Source of the DNA: Flaccisagitta enflata | Taxonomy: Eukaryota | Assembly (NCBI GenBank): GCA_965153355.1 | Contig: OZ231126.1 | Span: forward strand, 40,300,001 to 40,364,000 | DNA length: 64,000 nt | Direction of reading: 5' to 3' | In this document: positions 1-12,400 of the stretch, piece after piece | Numbering within the stretch: the first letter of the stretch is position 1 | How the letters are laid out: each line of letters begins with the position of its first letter | Made by a program: the position numbers and the translations under genes | Notes under the pieces: generated by a model | Databases searched by the model: none | The model's input: only the letters and a program-made list of their open reading frames with translations | What the model was told of the DNA's origin: nothing

Positions 1-1540
1 TTTAAGGCCCTTTAAAGCCCTTTAAGGCCCTTTCAGGGAGGCCTTTAAGGAAGGCCCTTTAAGGCCCTTTAAGGCCCTTTCAGGCCCTTTAAGGCCCTTC
101 AAGGCCCTTTAAAGTCCTTTAAGGCCCTTTAAGGCCCTTTAAGGCCCTTTAAGGAAGGCCCTTTAAGGAAGGCCCTTTGAGGCCCTTTAAGGCCCTTTAA
201 AGCCCTTTAAGGCCCTTTAAGGAAGGCCCTTTAAGGAAGGTCCTTTGAGGCCCTTTAAGGCCCTTTAAGGCCCTTTAAGGAAGGCCCTTTCAGGAAGGCC
301 CTTTAAGGAAGGCCATTTAAGGCCCTTTAAGGCCCTTTAAGGACGGTCCTTTAAGGAAGGCCCTTTGAGGCCCTTTAAGGCCCTTTAAGGCCCTTTAAGG
401 CCTTTTAAGGAAGGCCCTTTGAGGAAGGTCCTTTGAGGCCCTTTAACCCCTTTTAGGCCCTTTAAGGCCCTTTAAGGCCCTTTAAGGCCCTTTAAGGCCC
501 TTTAAGGCCCTTTAACGAGGCCCTTTAAGGAAGGCCCTTTAAGGCCCTTTAAGGCCCTTTAAGGCCCTTTAAGGCCCTTTAACGAAGGCCCTTTAAGGAA
601 GGCCCTTTGAGGCCCTTTAAGGCCCTTTTAGGCCCTTTAAGGTCCTTTAAGGCCCTTTAAAGCCCTTTAACGCCCTTTAAGGCCCATTAAGGAAGGCCCT
701 TTAAGGAAGGCCCTTTAAGGCCCTTTAAGGCCCATTAAGGAAGGCCCTTTAAGGAAGGCCCTTTAAGGCCCTTTAAAGCCCTTTAAGGCCCTTTGAGGCC
801 CTTTAAGGCCCTCTAAGGAAGGCCTTTAAGGGAGGCCCTTTAAGGCCCTTTAAGGCCCCTTAAGGCCCTTTATGGCCCTTTAAAGCCCTTTGAGGCCCTT
901 TAAAGCCCTTTGAGGCCCTTTAAGGCCCTTTAAGGCCCTTTAAGGAAGGCCCTTTAAGGCCCTTTAAGGCCCTTTAAGGCCCTTTAAGGCCCTATAAGAC
1001 CCTTTAAGGCCCTTCAGCGCCCTATAAGGCCCTTTAAGGAAGGCCCTTTGAGGCCCTTTAAGGCCCTTTAAGGCCCTTTAAGACCCTTTAAGGCCCTTTA
1101 AGGCCCTTTAAGGCTTTTTAAGGCCCTTTAAGGAAGGCCCTTTAAGGAAGGCCCTTTAAGGCCCTTTAAGGCCCTTTAAGACCCTTTAAGGCCCTTTAAG
1201 GCCCTATAAGACCCTTTAAGGCCCTTTAAGGCCCTATTAGGCACTTTAAGGAAGGCCCTTTGAGGCCCTTTAAGGCCCTTTAAGGCCCTTTAAGACCCTT
1301 TAAGGCCCTTTAAGGCCCTTTAAAGCCCTTTAGGCCCTTTCAGGGAGGCCTTTTAAGGCCCTTTAAGGCCCTTTAAAGCCCTTCAAGGCCCTTTAGGCCC
1401 TTTAAGGCCCTTTAAGGCCCTTTAAAGCCCTTCAAGGCCCTTTGAGGAAGACCCTTTGAGGAAGGCCCTTTGAGGCCCTTTAAGGCCCTTTAAGGCCCTT
1501 TAAGGCCCTTTAAGGCCATTTAAGGCCCTTTAAGGCCCTT
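1..1540 (+). repeat. 10-bp satellite (TAAGGCCCTT)n with 14-bp variant TAAGGAAGGCCCTT
   Basis: Directly visible tandem array, running off the left edge of the window. Confidence 0.97.
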
Positions 1541-2175
1541 TTGGGCAGCGTCCCCAAAGGGGCCGATGACCTATGCTTTCACACATAGGGGAAATTTCTC
1601 CTTCTTCTCCTTCTTCTTCTCCTACGTCCCCACCTCTTCAAGGCCCAAATCAAAGTCTCAAGACCCAAATCCTAGCTTTGAGGCTCAAATTCCCGCTTCA
1701 AAGCTCAAATCCCAGCCTTGAGGCTCAAATCTCAGTCTCCAGGCTAAAATCCCAGCCTCGAGGCTGAAATCCCAGCCCTTAGGCTCAAGGCACAAATCCC
1801 AGCCTTGAAGTCAAATCCTAGCCTCGAAGCTCAAATCCCAGCTTCAAAGCTCAAATCCCACCCCCAAAGCTCAAATCCCAACCTCAAAGCTCAGATCCCA
1901 GCCTCGAAGCTCAAATCCCAGCCTCGAAGCTCTAATCTCAGCCTTGAAGCTGAAATCACAGCCTTGAAGCTCAAATCCCAGCCTCAAGGCCCTTATCCAA
2001 GCCTCAAGGCCCCAATTCCAGCCTCCAGGTCCTAATTCCATCCTTGAGGCCCAAATAACAACAGCATAGGTCATCGGCCCCTTCGGGGCCGCTGCCCCTC
2101 TAACCACCTTACACCCACATACACTCACATAGGGGCAACGGGTACCGCTGACCATCTAACGCTTTTGCGACTATT
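1541..2175 (+). mobile_element. Non-autonomous Helentron-derived element (HINE family B)
   Basis: Starts with a T-run and GGGCAGCG..GGGGCCGATGACCTATGC; internal ~20-bp GCTCAAATCCCAGCCTYGAR repeats; inverted subterminal copy GCATAGGTCATCGGCCCCTTCGGGGCCGCTGCCC; ends in hairpin CGCTTTTGCG + ACTATT. Confidence 0.8.
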
Positions 2176-2202
2176 AATATATAGCTTAAATCTTTATTTC
2201 AA

Positions 2203-2435
2203 AGGTACTTTAGGATACTTAAGGGTACTTTAGGGTACTTTAAGGAACATAAGATACTTAAGGGTACTTTAGGGTACATTAGGTACTTAAGGGAACTTCA
2301 GGGTACTTAAGAGTACTCTATGTACTAAAGGTATTTAGAGTACTTAAGGGTACTCAAGAGTACTTCAGAGCACTTTAGATACTTTAGGGTACTTAAGGTT
2401 ACTTTAGGGTACTTTTGATATTTAAAGGTATTTAA
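2203..2435. repeat. Degenerate ~10-bp minisatellite (TTAGGGTACT-like)
   Basis: Repeated AGGGTACTT units. Confidence 0.8.
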
Positions 2436-2563
2436 TTACCTTTATTACCTTTATTACTGTCATTACCACGCGACTAAGGTTTGTTGACCGTGTTTCTGTT
2501 GACTAGAGAGGTATGAGGACATATAAGAACATCTTATGGAAAATCTTTATGACTCATTTTAGA

Positions 2564-2714
2564 AACAAGGCCGGATACACGGCAGGACAGTCGCGGACGG
2601 TTGGGCAGGAGCGGAAATGCAAAAAACCACTCGCGATTTAGAAATGTGACGGACCGACGGACGGACGGACCGACCGACACAGTAAGGTGTAGAGTCGCGT
2701 GTCCGCGACTAAAA
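2564..2714 (-). mobile_element. Short DINE-1/HINE-like element (family A)
   Basis: On the minus strand: T-run, AGTCGCGGACACGCGACT hairpin, GTCC/GTCG microsatellite, inverted subTIR GTCCGCGACT, stem-loop GCCGTGTATCCGGC, CTTGTT. Confidence 0.85.
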
Positions 2715-2758
2715 AGAACAAAAGATCACTGAATATCCAGAGAGAGACGGAAAGAGTC

Positions 2759-2799
<41 letters not shown>

Positions 2800-2953
2800 T
2801 AGTATGTACATTATCGACAGTGATTTATTTGTTTACCTCTTCATGATTTACAAAAAAAGACTGAAAATCTGGCTATTTGACTTTTTTATTAGAATTAAAA
2901 AAAAGATAATATTTGACAAAAGAATTATTAAAGTTGGACAACATTACAATAAC

Positions 2954-3334
2954 AACAAGGCCAACAACTATAAGTCGCGTGCGAGACATAAATAACTTAA
3001 GATGACTTTTATTGACTCAAGATGACTTAAAATGACTCAGGGCAACTTTAAATGACTTAAAAAGACCTAAAATGACCGAAATGACTACTTTGACCTATTT
3101 GACTTAAGTGACTTAAAATAACTTAGAATGACTTAGAATGACTTAGAATGACTTAGAATAACTTAGAATGACTTAGAATGACTTAAAATGACTTAGAATG
3201 ACTAGAAACAACTTAAAGTATAATAAAAAAGTAAAGTGTGACGGACCGACGGACGGACAGACGGACGGATGGACCGACGGACGGACCGACAGACCGACAA
3301 AGCGGGTTGTAGAGTCGCGTGCACGCGACTAAAA
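2954..3334 (-). mobile_element. HINE family A copy with internal (AATGACTTAG)n minisatellite
   Basis: Family-A termini (AACAAGGCC ... AGTCGCGTGCACGCGACTAAAA on +) flank 10-bp tandem repeats. Confidence 0.8.
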
Positions 3335-3341
3335 ACGAACA

Positions 3342-3626
3342 TTATAAGTTAAACATCCTAGTTCTTCTTCTCCTCTTCCTTCTCTTCTTCCTTCTCTTCT
3401 CCCTCGGTGTCGACCGTGGGCTTTCGCGTGAAGGCAGCTTGGCCATGAGTTCACGGCTTGTCTCCCGCACTTTTTCCGGGTGTTTGCTCCGGTACCTCTC
3501 GGAACTTTTGGCGCTCTGGTCCGCTCTTTTCCTTTCTTTGTCTTGGGCGTTGCCGTTGCCCTTGACCTTGTTGGCAGCGGCCTGAGCTGCACCACGGGCA
3601 GCTCGCGCACCACGAGCGGCGCTCTC
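3342..3626 (-). CDS. Orphan terminal-exon-like segment encoding a basic Arg/Lys-rich 94-aa peptide
   Basis: GC-richer non-repetitive island; acceptor CTTTACTTCACAG directly precedes in-frame ESAARGAR...; ends at stop 3342-3344. No upstream exon identified. Confidence 0.35.
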   Translation of the reverse strand, partial: ESAARGARAARGAAQAAANKVKGNGNAQDKERKRADQSAKSSERYRSKHPEKVRETSRELMAKLPSRESPRSTPREKRRKKRRKRRRRTRMFNL

Positions 3627-3710
3627 CTGTGAAGTAAAGAACAGGCACTTCCAATTATTTCCGGTTGATATCGCTACCAAAAAATAAAAAAAACCAGAAA
3701 AGAAAATTAA

Positions 3711-4907
3711 AACAAGGCCAACACCTATAAGTTGCGTGCAGGACAAAAATAACTGAACTGACCTGACTCCTTATTGATCTTTTTTTTCAAAAATCAGACT
3801 TAAACCAGACCCAAACCAGAACCAAACCAGACCCAAACCAGACTCAAACCAGACTAAAACCAGACTCAAACCAGACTCAAACCAGACTCAAACCAGACCA
3901 AAACCAGACCTAAACCAGACCTAAAGCAGACCTAAATCAGACATAAACCAGACATAAACCAGACATAAACCAGACCTAAACCAGACCTAAACCAGACATA
4001 AATCAGACATGAACCAGACCTAAACCAGACTCAAACCAGACTCAAGCCAGACTCAAACCAGACCTAAACCAGACTCAAACCAGACTCAAACCAGCCTCAA
4101 ACTAGACTTAAACCAGACTTAAACAAGACTTAAACCAGACTAAAACCAGACTTAAACCAGACTTAAACCAGACTTAAACCAGACTTAAACCAGACTTAAA
4201 CCAAACTTAAACCAGACTTAAACCAGACTAAACAAGACCCAAACCAGCAGACTTAAACCAGCAGACTGAAACCAGCCGACTTAAACCAGCCGACTTAAAA
4301 CAGCCAACTTAAACCAGCCAACTTAAACCAGCAGACTGAAACCAGCCGACTTAAACCAGCCGACTTAAAACAGCCAACTTAAACCAGCCAACTTAAACCA
4401 GCCGACCAAAAATGACCAATATGACCAAAATGACCAAAATGACCAAAGATGACCAAAAATGACCAAAAATGACCAAATATGACCAATGATGACCAAAAAT
4501 TACCAAGAATGATCAAAAATGACCAAAAATGACCAAAATGACCAAAATGACCAAAATGACCGAAATGACAAAAATGACCAAAATGACCAAAAATGACCAA
4601 AAATGACCAAAATAACCGAAAATGACCTAAAATGATTAAAAATGACCAAAAATGACCAAAAATGACCTAAAATGACCAAAAATGACCAAAAACCAAAATG
4701 ACCAAAATGACCAAAAATGACTAATAACAACCAAAAATGACCAAAAATGACCAAAAATGACCTAACACAACAAATAAATGGCTCAAAATAACTCCAGACG
4801 ACCCAAAATGACCAAAAACGACACAAAAAAGCTAAGTGTTACGGACCGACCGACCGACGGATGGACCGACAGAGCGGGTTGTAGAGTCGCGTGCACGGGA
4901 CTAAAAA
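3711..4907 (-). mobile_element. HINE family A copy expanded by (AAACCAGACT)n and (AAAATGACCA)n minisatellites
   Basis: Family-A termini at 3711 and 4885-4907 bracket two successive minisatellite arrays. Confidence 0.8.
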
Positions 4908-4929
4908 GAAATTGCCAGAATCTACAAAC

Positions 4930-5690
4930 CTTAAAGGGCTTTAAAGGGCCTTAAAGAGCCTTAGAGGGCCTTAAAGGGCCTCAAAGGGCCTTCCTTAAAG
5001 GGCCTTCCTTAATGGGCCTTAAAGGGCCTTAAGGGCCTTAAAGGGCTTCAAAGGGCCTTGAAGGGCCTTAAAGGGCCTTAAAGGGCCTTAAAGGGCCCTA
5101 AAGGGCCTTAAAGGGCCTGAAAGAGCCTAAAAGGACCTTAAAGGTCCTTAAAGGGCCTAAAAAGGTCTTAAAGGGCTTTAAAGGGCCTTAAAGGGCCTTA
5201 AAGGGCCTTAAAGGGCCTTAAAGGGCCTTCCTTAAAGGGCCTTCCTTAATGGGCCTTAAAGGGCCTAAAAGGGCCTTATAGGGCTTTAAAGGGCCTTCCT
5301 GAAAGGGCCTTCCTTAATGGGCCCTAAAGGGCCTTAAAGGGCTTTAAAGGGCCTTGAAAAGCCCTAACGGGCCTTATAGGGCCTTAAAGGGTCTTAAAGG
5401 GCCTAAAAGGGCCTTAAAGGGCCTTAAAGGGCCTAAAAGGGTCTCAAAGAGCCTTAAAAGGCCTCAAAGGGCCTTCCTCAAAGGGCCTTCCTTAAAGGGC
5501 CTTGAAGGGCCTTAAAGGGCCTTTAAGGGCCTCAAGGGGCCTTCCTTAAAGGGCCTTCGCTAAAGGGCCTTAAAGGGCCTTAAAGGGCCTTAAAGGGCCT
5601 TAAAGGGCCTAAAAGGGTCTCAAAGAGCCTTAAAGGGCCTTAAAGGGCCTTCCTTAAAGGGCCTTCCTTAATGGGCCTTAAAGGGCCTAA
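4930..5690 (-). repeat. TAAGGCCCTT satellite, reverse orientation
   Basis: (AAGGGCCTTA)n array; contains the empty-site copy of the large element insertion at 5261-5275. Confidence 0.95.
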
Positions 5691-6176
5691 TAGTCGCAAA
5701 AGCGTTAGATGGTCAGCGGTACCCGTTGCCCCTATGTGTGTGTAAGTGGGTGTGAGGTGGTTAGAGGGGCAGCGGCCCCGAAGGGGCCGATGACCTATGC
5801 TGTCTTTATTTGGGTCTCAAGGATGGAATTAGGGCCTGGCGGCTGGAATTGGGGCCTTGAGGCTTAGATTAGGCTTGGATTTGAGCTTCGAGGCTGGGAT
5901 TTCAGCATATCGGGGTAGGGGGGTGTGGATGAGGATTGAAGCCTCTGATCACCCATCAACAATACAACATGAATACTACCAGGAACGCATCACTATTTGA
6001 GGTTATGTCCACCCATCCATCTGTCCGTCCATTCAACTGTCCACCGATCTAATCATTGTCCGTCTTTCTATTTGGTTGTCTATCCGTCCGTCTGTCTAGC
6101 TCTCTGTTGGTCGGTCTGTAACATCTTTTTTATTCACTATTTGTTCAAATACACAAATAAATTTTCCAAGGATGTA

Positions 6177-6925
6177 CCACGCGAATAAAAAAAAAAAAGA
6201 CGCACTTTTAAATGACCATTTTAGCAATTTAATCTTTAATTTCAGGTTAAATGTTTTGCACTATTGAAAAGCCCAGTTTTTAAGCTTTGTGAATCAAAAA
6301 AAAAAGTTCTTAATCTTGAGGCGCTTGGGCCTAGTAAAAAAAAAGAGTAAAAATAGTCAAGAATCGTTCTCACAATTCCATAAGAGGAAAAAGAATTCAA
6401 GACAATCAGTGTTTCACTTTGATGAGCTATAACTTTTAAACCGTTTGAGATACAGACTTGAGATTGGTCTAGAATGAAAGAAAATTTGAAAATCTTCAAA
6501 ATTCCTTTGACTGAAAAAATGGTTGAGAGTTTTTAGTCGCGGACACGCGACTCTATAACCCACTTTTCGGTTGGTCCGTCGGTCGGTTGGTCACAAAACT
6601 CTTTTTTGAGGTTTTCCGCTCCTGCCCACCCGTCCGCGACTACTGCTGCTGTGTATACGGCCTTGTTCATAAGTAATTTCATGAGAAAAAGAAACAATAA
6701 ACAATTTTTATCATGATTTTGTATTTTGTCATGTGCTCAAAATAGTAGTTGTCTTTGACTGGCTGTAACTTTCAAACGGTTTGAGATACAGACCTGGGAC
6801 TGCTCTAGATTGAAAGAAAATTTGAAAATCTTCAAAATACATTCAATGAAAAAATTTTTTGAGAATTTTTTTTGTCTGTTCTATTTATAAATGACCAGGT
6901 GCGTCTTTTTTTTTTATACGCGTGG
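6177..6925. mobile_element. Tc1/mariner-type MITE with nested HINE-A (6531-6667)
   Basis: TIRs CCACGCG(A/T)ATAAAAAAAAAA..GACGCAC, flanked by TA on both sides; internal ~105-bp direct repeats (6428-6534, 6763-6870). Confidence 0.8.
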
Positions 6926-7358
6926 TATAAAGTTCCATGATCTTTGATTGATTTCCCCCCCCTGCCTTTGATTTTCTCCTGTTACAAAATCTATGATTTT
7001 CTTCACTATATAGCAATAAAACAGTGTTTTTAAGGTTCAAATAGTGTTAAATTGTGTTTTACTAATCAGCTTTACCATTTGGTACTGCCAAAAGTTTTAT
7101 TTTCCCAAAATTTCCTTTTTTTTTCTCTCTTTTTTCCCCATCTCTAAACCCTGATATGTTATTTTTCCCCCCAAGGGGGGGGGGGGAAGAATGTAGAACT
7201 ATATACAGGCCTGCAATATTCCAATTCTGTCTAAAATAATCCTAAAAGGAATAGAAAAACTTTTGTTCTATTTCAGGTCAGTGTTAGTGTGTGAAAGAAC
7301 AAGGCTGGATACATGGCTACCCAAGTCGCATGCGGGTGGAAAGGAGCAGTAGTAAAGA

Positions 7359-9285
<1,927 letters not shown>

Positions 9286-9426
9286 ATTATATTTGTTATC
9301 ATTGAACCACATTTTCTAGATACGTTTTGACTCGTTGGCGATATCTCACATCAGCAGATGCAGCAGTCATCCTCTCAAAGAAAACAAGGTCATGTTATTC
9401 TCTTTGTTATAACATACTGATTCAGA

Positions 9427-12400
9427 ATGACGATAAATGGATTGTTGCTGACTGATAGTTTGTTGAAAGAATGCTCATTTGCGGCAAGGCGGCTTTTGAT
9501 TAAGAACTACCGTCTGAATGAGCTGAATGTGCGGTCATTCCCAGGTAAAACCACTGACCAACTGATTGGTGGGAATGGTGAAATTCATGCTCTTATGCGT
9601 GACAAATCTTATGATTATGTTTACTTGGTTGCTGGAGCTAACGATTTTAATCGTAATGAGGATGATTGCCATGTGATGAAATGCAAAATGATTGCAAGGG
9701 TGCGCAGCAATCTTGTTCATGGGTTTTGTACCCAATACCCTTTCACAAAGCTTGTCTTGGCTCCTATCCCAATGCGTCGAATGTCCAAAAACCCAGATAT
9801 GATTCACAATCATCCAGAATGCGGTTCAAAAAACTGGATTGACACAACCAACAACGCAATATCACTCTATCAGAGTTGTTTTTCTGTCTGTGCTTGTCAC
9901 AAAGATCAGGTGAGGTCTGTCATCTCCCCCACTCTGGATCATTGGCTTCCCTATTTGACATCGGATGGGTTGCATTTGACAGATGGAACAAAGGGCCAAA
10001 CTGATGGCAAGTTAAAAATGGTTCAGTACCTCCTTAAACCCAAATCCAAATTTTCACTTTTACAGGATGATTTTCCTCCTTTGCCAGAAGCTTCAGGTTC
10101 TTTTTCATTTGAGCCACAGGTTGTCGTCCCAAAGGTGGTTCGCAGAGAAAAGCCTAATCCTAACTTGTTTATCCACCAGTGTTGCCTTGCCCAGGATGTT
10201 TCATTCAAAGGTCCCATCAAAAAGGCTTGTAAGCAAGAGTCAAAATCACCTGTTTCTTTGCCAAAATTTGCGCCCGTTCCTCGCAAAAGGCGGAAGAAGC
10301 CAAAGAAAGAAAATCAGTGGATTTTTCCCGTTTCTAATGACAAATTTTGTTTTTCCCAGTCCAATCATCTTCCGCGTGCGAAGCCCAAAATCAAACATGC
10401 GAAGAAAGTAGGGAACAAAGATCAACAGCGGGAGGAACATAGTAAGAAATGGCAGAAACAAATTCCATGGTATGAGCGTCCAGAGAACACTTGGAGTGAA
10501 CCAGAGGTACCCAGGGGAAGAGGTTTGGTTAAACAAAATTTTAGGCTAGACTCTTCTCCTTCATTAAAGCGACAACCTCATGTGAAACAGCAACCTGTAA
10601 GGAACAAGGATTTGCAGGTTAAATTGCGTCAAAAGTTATTTTTCTTTAGAAATGCACGAAGACCTCAAGTTAGGGAAAGCGCATTTATACATGATAATCT
10701 AAAGAAAAATGTCGATTCTAACATTAACTTTGATGATATTGATGGTGCTGATGATCACTGTCATAACAATGACTGGGGAGAACTAGGTGATAATTATCTA
10801 GCAATGGCTGGCCCAGAAAAGTGGAATTTTGAAAAATCAAACCCCTTGCCAAAAAAGAAGCTGTCTAAAAAACAGCTAAAGAACGCAATGAAAAAAATAA
10901 AAAAATTCTTAAATCCTATGTTGAAAAGTATGTCAGAGGAAGCAGAGAAAAATGAGGACAAAATAGTACTGACTTACAGATCAAAACATGGGTGTCTCAT
11001 AGAATTGGAAAAAAGTAACGGGAAGACTGAGACCCTAGTTGATCATTTGACTACTAAAAATGATTCCAGTCGCAACAAAAACAGGAAAAAAAATTCCCAA
11101 GGTGATGAAGATCACTCTTTGTTAGGGGGAGCAAAACAGAGATCTAAGAGTAAAGAGGCGCAAAGAAAACAAAATCAACGGGCAAGTAGAGCAAAAAATT
11201 TATCAAAAGAGGAAATTGAAGAACATCAGTCAAAAGAAAGAGCAAGGAAAAAAGAAGCATATGAAAGAAATAAAGATGAGATTTTGTCAAACAGACAAAT
11301 GCATTATGCGCAAAACAAAGATGAGATTTTATCTAATAAGCAAAAGCATTACTATCAAAACAAAGATGAGATTCTAACAAATAGGCAAATGCATTACAAT
11401 CAAAACAAAGATGAGATTCTAACAAATAGGCAAATGCATTTTAAGCAAAACAAAGATGGGATTTTATCAAACAAAAAAGCACATTATGTGCAAAACAAAG
11501 ATGGAATTTTATCAAATAAGTTAGCACATTATGAGCAAAACAAGGATGGTATTTTGTCAAACAGGCAAGCACATTATGAGCAAAACAAAGATGGTATTTT
11601 GTCTAACAGGCAAGCTTATTATGAACAATATAAAGATGGTATTTTATCAAATAAGCAAGCACATTATGAGCAGCACAAAGACGAGATTTTATCAAACAAG
11701 CAAAACCACTACAAAAGCAACCAAACAGACATTTTAAACCGGAAACGCAGCAATTACAATGACAAAAAAGGAGTATCATCTGCAAAATCAACAGCAAAAA
11801 GATATAAAGGTGCAAAAGCACATCAAAGAAAATTAAGATTGGCAAAAAATCTGAAATTAACTACTGTTAAAATGCATGATGAAAGCTACAAGGCCAATAG
11901 ACAAGACATCATTGCCAACTACCAAAATTTTTATGATCTGATCAAGTATGGGCCGGATTTTGTCTGTACATGTTGTCACCGTGGTCTGTTTGAAAATCAA
12001 GTTAAGAAATTGCCCAAAGGCTTCAATACTACAGTCAAAATTGGCAAAACAGATTATGACTGCTCAACGGACAAAATGAGTTTTGATGGAGATGAATACA
12101 TCTGTGAAACATGTTATACTAATTTGAAAAAAGGAAATATGCCCAAGTATGCGGTGGCCAATGGGAATGAATTGCCGTTTGTTCCTCCTGAAATAAAATG
12201 CTTGAATGAAGGTGAGGAAAGATGTGTTGCTCCTCGTGTGCAATTCATTCGTATGCAAAAACTTGGTTGTGATAGACAGAAGGGAATTAAGTCTAACATT
12301 GTGAATGTTCCTATTGATGTTGGGAAACTGAATTTGCAGTTACCATGTCCATCTTTAGAAAATCAGGTGCTTCAATTGCGTTTTAAGAGAAAGTTGTCGT

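Noticed and set aside
1573-2155. ORFs in HINE interiors (also at 22-42 kb and 62 kb)
   Set aside because: Open frames arise from 20/21-bp tandem repeats; no protein features.
2203-2435. Telomeric repeat (contains TTAGGG)
   Set aside because: The unit is ~10 bp (TTAGGGTACT), not tandem hexamers.
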